DNA from: Candidatus Omnitrophota bacterium
Lineage (GTDB): Bacteria; Omnitrophota; Gorgyraeia; Zapsychrales; Zapsychraceae
Assembly: GCA_015233405.1 (NCBI GenBank)
Contig: JADFXT010000006.1
Coordinates: 3,848 to 67,847, forward strand
Reading direction: 5' to 3'
DNA: 64,000 nucleotides
Shown: positions 38,858 to 45,493 of the stretch, piece by piece
Layout of the letters: each line of letters opens with the position of its first letter
Position numbering within the stretch: position 1 is the first letter of the stretch
The notes under the pieces: generated by a model
What the model was told of the DNA's origin: nothing
What the model saw: the letters and a program-made list of their open reading frames with translations, nothing else
Database searches by the model: none
Program-made: the position numbers and the translations under genes

Positions 38858-41059
38858 TTACGGATAGGATAATGCGCGCATTTCCTGCCGAATTTTTTCA
38901 TTGCCAGGATCTTCCTTTAAAACCATTCCATAAACTTTCTTCGCCAGAGCAAAGCGTTTCTGCAAAACCAAGGCATCGCCTATTTCTACAAGATCGTCGA
39001 CGAAGAATGGCGCGCTATGATACGCACTATCAATGGCATCAAAGGCCTTATCATATTTTTTTTCTTTGATCAAGACAAGCGCCATCAAATACAAGGCTTT
39101 AAAATTATGCGGGTCCTCTGTTACAATTTTACTGACCTGTTTCTTTGCATCGGCCACAGCGTCTAAATAATAGAACCCCTTGGACAAATAGTAACGCGTT
39201 TCCAAATTATTAGGGTCGAGCAATTTTGCTTTTCGAAAATCCACGAACGCATCTTTGTATCTCTTTTCTTTAAGGGAAATCCGGCCTAAAATCTTGTAGG
39301 CCTCCACAATGCCGGGGTCAATGCGTAACGACTCTTCTGCTTCGGCCTTCGCCTGCTGCCAAAGCCCCAAAGCCAGAAAGGCATTGGCTCGGTTCAAATA
39401 TTGATACGGCAAAACACTCCTCGCCCCCACTTTAAGCAGATCCAATTCCGGGACTTTCCAATTCTTTAAATCCATCTGATAAGCGCTGATCCATTTCTGA
39501 TTTTGCGCAACGTCTTTAAGGAACACGACGCCGTCGTAATCAAAATAAACCAATTTCCAATTCTTATCCTGATACAAAGACCGCAAGAGCCGCTCCGGAA
39601 CAAGATCATAAAGCCAATTAAGAAAAACGCCGGTCAATTGATACCGCTTGGCATCCCTGTCAAACAATAGCTTATCGCCATGGCAGATCTTGTCATATTC
39701 CTTAAAGAATTTCGGGCCGTAAAGTTCTGTCCGCCCGTCGATAAAAACCTTAATCCGCGGGGAAGTCCGGCCTAAAAGATACGCGCCGGAATTAAATTGG
39801 TTAAAGAAATTCCCCTGGATCTTTTTACTGGCCAAGAAATCCACGGCTTTATAGGGGAACAATCTTTTGGAAACCCCGCCGAACTCACTTTTACGCTCAA
39901 AGGTATCAAAATCAAAGTATCCCTGCATCGACAACGTGCCAAAATAATTGATCATCCAGCAAACTAAAACTATTTTTAAGGCGGCGGAAAGAATATATTT
40001 TAACTTGATCCGATCCTGGAGAATCTTGATCTGATTCAAAGCCCCAAGATTGGAAAGAAACGCCACATAAGCGATCAAAAGAAAAAAGACAAGATTTCGT
40101 AAGGCATTTAATCCAAAACAAAGGAAAACGAGCCATAATGCCAGGATGCCAATGTTGATCTTTCGCCGATTGGCGATAAAGCTGGCCAAGGAGACGAGGA
40201 TCGCTAAGCGAAAATACCAATACGGATGGAACGAAAACAGCGTCTTAAAAGTGATCGGCTTGGCCAATTCCACGATCTGGTCGAAGAAAACTTTTGTTTC
40301 CCCGTGAAGAGACATCAAGACACTAAACGGATAACAAACGCCTTTTAACCCATACGGATTAATGAAGCACGCCAGAAAAACCAGCACAAAAGCCTTCTTT
40401 AAGAAATTATAATCTTTGTCGCTTAACTTTCCCGTCGCATTCCAATCGTAAGGTAACCGCACATGCCGTCGGACGTATTCAGCGGCAATTCCTAACAAAA
40501 TGATCAATGGCCCGAGGATAAAGAATCCGTGGATATTGGTCCACAAAACCTGAATGAGAAACAACACAGCCAAAGCGCCCAAGCCGGCGGGCGCGATGAG
40601 AATGACGAGATAAATGGTCATAAAAAGAAAACTGAAAATGTCCGGACGGATGGTCAACCTCGTCTCAAAAGTCAATAAAACGAGGATTAAAAATGCGAGC
40701 GGTAAAAGCTGATTCTTGGACCTAAAGCCTAGAAAAACAAGAAGAAGAAAGGTAAGAAAAACAACGCCCACCTGAAGATCGATCAGCCCGTCGAAGCCGC
40801 TGAACCGATGGACCTGATAAACGATCGTCTGAAACAGCCACTCATGATTAAGCCAAGGCCGGTTGGCGAGGCTGCACGAGAAAATATCGACTTTAGGGAT
40901 AGAGGCGTGCTGGACGATATATTTGCCCGACGCCAAATGAAGCCATAAATCCAGGTCCTTGATTTCAATATTCGCCTCAAAAATAACCAGGCCCAACAAG
41001 ACAAGAAGGGCGATGAAGCCGGCGAGAAAATTTAATTTTTTAAGAAACGCTTCGCTCAT
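38858..41059 (-). CDS. Polytopic membrane protein with C-terminal TPR repeats, paralog of 36510..38786
   Basis: Shares KDLDLWLHLASGKY, NHEWLFQ, VLWTNIHGFF, GNFFNQFNSGAYLLG and FIDGRTELYG with its neighbour. Confidence 0.6.
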   Translation of the reverse strand: MSEAFLKKLNFLAGFIALLVLLGLVIFEANIEIKDLDLWLHLASGKYIVQHASIPKVDIFSCSLANRPWLNHEWLFQTIVYQVHRFSGFDGLIDLQVGVVFLTFLLLVFLGFRSKNQLLPLAFLILVLLTFETRLTIRPDIFSFLFMTIYLVILIAPAGLGALAVLFLIQVLWTNIHGFFILGPLIILLGIAAEYVRRHVRLPYDWNATGKLSDKDYNFLKKAFVLVFLACFINPYGLKGVCYPFSVLMSLHGETKVFFDQIVELAKPITFKTLFSFHPYWYFRLAILVSLASFIANRRKINIGILALWLVFLCFGLNALRNLVFFLLIAYVAFLSNLGALNQIKILQDRIKLKYILSAALKIVLVCWMINYFGTLSMQGYFDFDTFERKSEFGGVSKRLFPYKAVDFLASKKIQGNFFNQFNSGAYLLGRTSPRIKVFIDGRTELYGPKFFKEYDKICHGDKLLFDRDAKRYQLTGVFLNWLYDLVPERLLRSLYQDKNWKLVYFDYDGVVFLKDVAQNQKWISAYQMDLKNWKVPELDLLKVGARSVLPYQYLNRANAFLALGLWQQAKAEAEESLRIDPGIVEAYKILGRISLKEKRYKDAFVDFRKAKLLDPNNLETRYYLSKGFYYLDAVADAKKQVSKIVTEDPHNFKALYLMALVLIKEKKYDKAFDAIDSAYHSAPFFVDDLVEIGDALVLQKRFALAKKVYGMVLKEDPGNEKIRQEMRALSYP

Positions 41060-41182
41060 AGGAAAAACTTATTTTGCAGGATAAGGTGCATGGTTTAAAA
41101 CCAAACTGGGGAGTATAATATCACAGATATTCCGTCTAATGAAAAAATATTGCGCAAAAAAAAGAGCCCTGTGATTTGCCAA

Positions 41183-42080
41183 CCCCGCTTCACACCACGC
41201 CGTCATCCCAGATTCACACCACATTTTCATCTCCGCTTCATACCACACTGTCATCCCCGCTTCATCCCACACTGTCATCCCCGCTTCATACCACACTGTC
41301 ATCCCCGCTTCATACCACACTGTCATCCCCGAATGCTTTAGTCGGGGATCCATGATTTTTAAAAGCTGGATTCCCGACAAAAAATTTCGGGAATGACAAC
41401 GTGTGCAAAAATTTCGGGAATGACAGCAAGTGCAAAGATTTTGGTAATCACAGCAAAGGCAAAAATTCTGGAAATGACAGCAAGTGCAAAGATTTTAGAA
41501 ATGACACAAAGGCAAAGAGTTTGAGAATGACCTAATGGTTGTCATCCCCGCTTCACACCACGCCGTCATCCCAGATTCACACCACATTTTCATCTCCGCT
41601 TCATCCCACACTGTCATCCCCGAATGCTTTAGTCGGGGATCCATGATTTTAAAAAGCTGGATTCCCGACAAAAAATTTCGGGAATGACAACGTGTGCAAA
41701 AATTTCGGGAATGACAGCAAGTGCAAAGATTTTGGTAATCACAGCAAAGGCAAAAATTCTGGAAATGACAGCAAGTGCAAAGATTTTAGAAATGACACAA
41801 AGGCAAAGAGTTTGAGAATGACCTAATGGTTGTCATCCCCGCTTCACACCACGCCGTCATCCCAGATTCACACCACATTTTCATCTCCGCTTCATCCCAC
41901 ACTGTCATCCCCGCAATGTTTAGGCGGGGATCCATGATTTTAAAAAGCTGGATTCCCGACCTGCACTGCCGGCAGGCAGGTAAAAAATTTCGGGAATGAC
42001 AACGTGTGCAAAAATCTCAGGAATGACAGCAAGTGCAAAGATTTTAGAAATGACACAAAGGCAAAATTTTAAGAATGGCA
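41183..42080. repeat. Higher-order repeat array A1: three composite units (348, 291, ~259 bp) built from 24-nt and 27-nt modules around a double-hairpin core
   Basis: The 291-bp period is measured from cctaatggtt at 41531 and 41822. The core is gtcatccccg..cggggatccatgatttt(t)aaaagctggattcccgac. The track ORFs here (MTVWYEAGMTVW...) are translation artefacts. Confidence 0.9.
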
Positions 42081-42086
42081 TTAAAC

Positions 42087-42123
42087 AAAAAAAGAGCCCT
42101 GTGATTTGGCAATCAAAGGGCTC
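42087..42123 (-). terminator. Rho-independent terminator of paralog B
   Basis: Minus-strand GAGCCCU-UUGAUUGCCAAAUCAC-AGGGCUC followed by U7, 37 nt after the stop at 42160. Confidence 0.7.
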
Positions 42124-42159
42124 AACATCCCGCGGCTAAAATCAGCCTTAAATTGAAAT

Positions 42160-44469
42160 TTACGACGGCTCTTTGGCCCGCTCGTCGCTCTTGGCATAAT
42201 TATCTTCGCCGGGCTTTTTATTGATCCCTAAAAATATCGGGACGCTCACGACCGGCACAATATTAATGATGACCGGCGTAAGCCCTGTAATATCCTGCGG
42301 CCTTAAATTCTGAAGATTCGCCGGAAGATTAAATTTCGTCGACTGCCCTGTTTTTTGTAGATCCAAAAATTTCGGGCTTAAGTCGATACCACCGACGTCC
42401 TCTTGATTATTCGTGGCGGCCTTAGCATCTTGAACGCTCATCGCAGCATCCGGATTAGCGACAAAATGCGTTGCATTCTTAAAATCCATCGCCTTAAAAG
42501 CCAATCGCATATCCTGTTTAAATTGCTGTGAAGCTCCGCTTAAAGACTTTATCTGGCTTATGTCGTAACGAATCAACTGAACACGCCCATTAATAACTTT
42601 TCCAAACAAACCATTTCTCTGCAGCACATTTGCCGGATTTTTTGCTATGGAATTCGCTAAAAACGCCGGATTAGCGCGATGGTTTTCTTCCTTACTTATC
42701 GCACTCTCGATAATTCCAAGAGAACTCTCAACTTTATTAACACTCTGAGAATCTGCTTGTGAAATTTTTCCCGCTGCCTGAGCCTGAGCAATAGCCGCCT
42801 GAAAAGATGTTACAGCCGCTTTCATTTGCGCCACACCTTGCTCAAAATTCTTTTGATCCTGTTGAGGATTAGCATTCATGTTCGTTATTCCGATAACCGT
42901 CGATGACGAATTAGAATGACCCGTGGCTGAATGACTTGCGGTTGAATTTGTCGAAGAACTTTGTTTAGAAGCACTCGCTGCTTGCCCGTCTTCAATAGTA
43001 GAAATAGACTCTCTCTGTCGCTTCGTTCCTTCTGCTGGCTTCTCCCCCAACAACTTCTCTTCTTCTTTACCGGTTTCTTTGCTACTCATCGCAGAATCTT
43101 TTTCTTCCGTCTTAACAGTAGCATCTTCTTTTTTGACGTCAACAGCCGAATCTTTTGCCGTTTCTTCACTATTAGGATTTTTCTGCTCCACTAACTCATC
43201 TGGTTTCTTTACATCCGGCGGCTTACCATTATTTCTTGGCGGGCCACCAGCCTCAACCGGCGGCTTTCCTGCAGGATGAGAACCTAGCATTTTCGCATCA
43301 ACAACCAAACCATTTTCATTTGCCTCTTTTTCCAGTTCAGGAGAAAAGGGATTTTCATGCCTTCTTTCCAGAATCTCACCTACATTCTCAAGAGCGGCCC
43401 CGCCGGAGAAATACTTTTTAGGAATGATCTTTTTTTCCACCGGGTCATAGTCTTCCTTAATATAGTTATACACGCCCTTCTTAAACGCCTTAAGATACTG
43501 CTCAAAAATTTTCTCTTTCACATTTTTATCCGCCACATCAACGCCGTTGACCTTATTCTGGTCGACATAAACCTTGGCAAGAATACTTTCTTTTAGCGTG
43601 CGCTTAAACCACGCCGCTAAAATAAGCGACTGATAGATCTGGCGTAGTTGAGCAAAATTCGTTCCCTGATTGACTTCCTTTTCGATCTCAGGAATGACGA
43701 CCTCTTTCATGATCTCGGTTGAAAGCGCGGCATCTGCTGTCTTTTTATTTTTTATCCTCGGCGTCGAGAGGTCTGAATTTTTGATCTCTTTCATGGCCTC
43801 ATAATCTTCCTCGAGCATAACTTTTAACTTACTCTCGACGATATACGCATGGTCTTGATTTTCATACACAACCGCTTTTTGCGGGACGATCCAAATTTTA
43901 TTAAAGGTGTCAACCGGAATGTCTATTGTGCCATAACGCTGATAAGCCTTTTGATAAACCCGGGCCCAGAATTCTTTGCCGATCTTTTGTTCCGGATACA
44001 TCAACGACGAGGTTAATTGCTTTAAAATATAATCCTGCGCCAAAAGGTCGCGTCCCATTTGCGTGACGCCAAAACCTTCCGGAATGATACGGTCTTTTTC
44101 ATAAGGAGAAAGGTTGACCCAAAGGTCATCCTCCGGCACCGTTAAGGAAGCAAGAAAATATTTGATGAGCTTTAACGATTCCTCTTTTAAAGCGGCGTCG
44201 CTCAGTTTTCCATCCCCGCGATTGACCAAAAAATTAAAATGAAATGGGTTATCCGGAAAGATCTTTAACCCTCTGATAACAAGCGGATTAAAATTCGGGC
44301 TTAAGTTTACCATGGTCCCTGGCGTTGGAAGCGAGAGGTCGGATGATAAAACCACTTGAGCCAAGACTGGCTGAGCCAAGAAACTAAAGATGGTTAAGAG
44401 CGCGATGATCTTTATTGCGATTTTTTTTACTTTCAAATTTGCCTTCTTTCCTTGTTCCATGTTCTTCAT
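42160..44469 (-). CDS. Secreted protein, paralog B (conserved N-domain, low-complexity Ser/Thr/Lys/Glu-rich middle, conserved C-terminal tail)
   Basis: Signal peptide (IIALLTIFSFLAQPVLAQ). The N-domain aligns with paralogs A and C. The C-terminus DVGGIDLSPKFLDLQ...GLTPVIINIVPV..PIFLG is shared with paralog C. Confidence 0.85.
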   Translation of the reverse strand: MKNMEQGKKANLKVKKIAIKIIALLTIFSFLAQPVLAQVVLSSDLSLPTPGTMVNLSPNFNPLVIRGLKIFPDNPFHFNFLVNRGDGKLSDAALKEESLKLIKYFLASLTVPEDDLWVNLSPYEKDRIIPEGFGVTQMGRDLLAQDYILKQLTSSLMYPEQKIGKEFWARVYQKAYQRYGTIDIPVDTFNKIWIVPQKAVVYENQDHAYIVESKLKVMLEEDYEAMKEIKNSDLSTPRIKNKKTADAALSTEIMKEVVIPEIEKEVNQGTNFAQLRQIYQSLILAAWFKRTLKESILAKVYVDQNKVNGVDVADKNVKEKIFEQYLKAFKKGVYNYIKEDYDPVEKKIIPKKYFSGGAALENVGEILERRHENPFSPELEKEANENGLVVDAKMLGSHPAGKPPVEAGGPPRNNGKPPDVKKPDELVEQKNPNSEETAKDSAVDVKKEDATVKTEEKDSAMSSKETGKEEEKLLGEKPAEGTKRQRESISTIEDGQAASASKQSSSTNSTASHSATGHSNSSSTVIGITNMNANPQQDQKNFEQGVAQMKAAVTSFQAAIAQAQAAGKISQADSQSVNKVESSLGIIESAISKEENHRANPAFLANSIAKNPANVLQRNGLFGKVINGRVQLIRYDISQIKSLSGASQQFKQDMRLAFKAMDFKNATHFVANPDAAMSVQDAKAATNNQEDVGGIDLSPKFLDLQKTGQSTKFNLPANLQNLRPQDITGLTPVIINIVPVVSVPIFLGINKKPGEDNYAKSDERAKEPS

Positions 44470-44484
44470 CTTTTTTCCCCCCCC

Positions 44485-44522
44485 AAAAAAAACGCCTATT
44501 CCCTAATTAATAGGAATAGGCG
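44485..44522 (-). terminator. Intrinsic terminator acting as expression platform of the paralog B riboswitch
   Basis: Minus-strand CGCCUAUUCCUAUUAAUUAGGGAAUAGGCG followed by U8, then G8 A6 G and ATG. Confidence 0.75.
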
Positions 44523-44553
44523 TTGACTATTTCTCTAGAATAAAGAACCTCTA

Positions 44554-44645
44554 GCGATTTCGGTAGTCAGGCTATCCCTATTATCCTTCAAGGACCCTAT
44601 AACTTTGCGTCCTACCCTTACGAGTAGTTTGCCGTTTCGTTTCAC
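44554..44645 (-). promoter_or_regulatory. c-di-GMP-I (GEMM-I) riboswitch aptamer, copy B
   Basis: Minus-strand RNA GAAACGGCAAACUACUCGUAAGGGUAGGACGCAAAGUUAUAGGGUCCUUGAAGGAUAAUAGGGAUAGCCUGACUACCGAAAUCGC. It is collinear with copy A and has compensatory changes in the GUAA-capped stem. Confidence 0.8.
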
Positions 44646-44744
44646 TTTTAAGCGTTCGAGTAACTCTTACGAACGTTATTTCGCTGACCGTCGCCATTCT
44701 CCTTTATTTATGCGAAAGTCAGTAATTCCTAACATCTGTTGATA

Positions 44745-44774
44745 AGTATAGAACATATTTTCTAATAATGCCAA
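44745..44774 (-). promoter_or_regulatory. Candidate promoter of the riboswitch B leader (TTGGCA-18-TATACT)
   Basis: Homologous in sequence and spacing to 3194..3223. The leader here is ~95 nt longer than in copy A. Confidence 0.5.
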
Positions 44775-44816
44775 TTTTGGGAAGAAATATTTTTGGGCAA
44801 GAAAAATCACTTTTTT

Positions 44817-45474
44817 GCTGTCATTCCCGAAATCTTTGCCCTTGCTGTCATTCTCGAAATCTTTGTCCTTGCTGTCATTCCCGAAATCTTTGCCCTTGCT
44901 GTCATTCCCGAAATCTTTGCCCTTGTTGTCATTCCCGAAATCTTCTATCGGGAATCCAGCCTTTTAAAATCATGGATCCCCGCCTAAACATTGCGGGGAT
45001 GACAGTGTGGGATGAAGCGGGGATGCCAATCCTTAATTCCTTGCTGTTATTCCCAAAATCTTTGCCCTTGCTGTCATTCCCGAAATCTTCTATCGGGAAT
45101 CCAGCCTTTTAAAATCGTGGATCCCCGCCTAAACATTGCGGGGATGACAGTGTGGTGTGAAGCGGGGATGACAATCCTTAATTCTTTGCTGTTATTCCGG
45201 AAATCTTTGTCCTTGCTGTCATTCCCGAAATCTTTGCCCTTGTTGTCATTCCTGAAATCTTTGTCCTTGCTGTCATTCCCGAAATCTTTGCCCTTGCTGT
45301 CATTCCCGAAATCTTCTATCGGGAATCCAGCCTTTTAAAATCGTGGATCCACGCCTAAACATTGCGGGGATGACAGTGTGGGATGAAGCGGGGATGACAG
45401 TGTGGTGTGAATCGGGGATGACAAAAAGGTAAACATCGCGGAATGGCAAAAAAAGAAAGGCATTCAGAGATGAC
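44817..45474. repeat. Higher-order repeat array A2 (three composite units; inverted relative to A1)
   Basis: 27-nt modules gtcattcccgaaatctttgcccttgct start at 44820, 44847, 44874 and 44901. A full hairpin follows, then a second hairpin, then 24-nt gcggggatgacagtgtgg(g/t)(a/g)tgaa modules. The CHSRNLCPC-type track ORFs are artefacts. Confidence 0.9.
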
Positions 45475-45493
45475 AGAAAAACCATTTATTCAA

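Noticed and set aside
41069-41380. Track ORFs inside the repeat arrays (41069..41380 MTVWYEAGMTVW..., 41150..41341, 44768..45112 CHSRNLCPC..., 44793..44987, 45012..45338, 45300..45485, 49749..49940, 49960..50199, 50991..51269)
   Set aside because: Their periodic peptide sequences are direct translations of the 24/27-nt modules. They occur on both strands and in several frames, and they lack RBSs. They are artefacts of repeats lacking stop codons.
44650-44740. Leader peptide ORF in the extended paralog B leader (AAGGAGAATGGCGACG...)
   Set aside because: The ATG is only 1-2 nt from the AAGGAG, which is too close for initiation. The frame runs through the aptamer, and there is no counterpart in copy A.
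44817-44945. Possible CRISPR array (regularly spaced 27-nt repeats)
   Set aside because: The 27-nt units abut one another with no unique spacers. The same modules occur in both orientations around palindromic cores, and no cas genes are present. This is a tandem repeat, not CRISPR.
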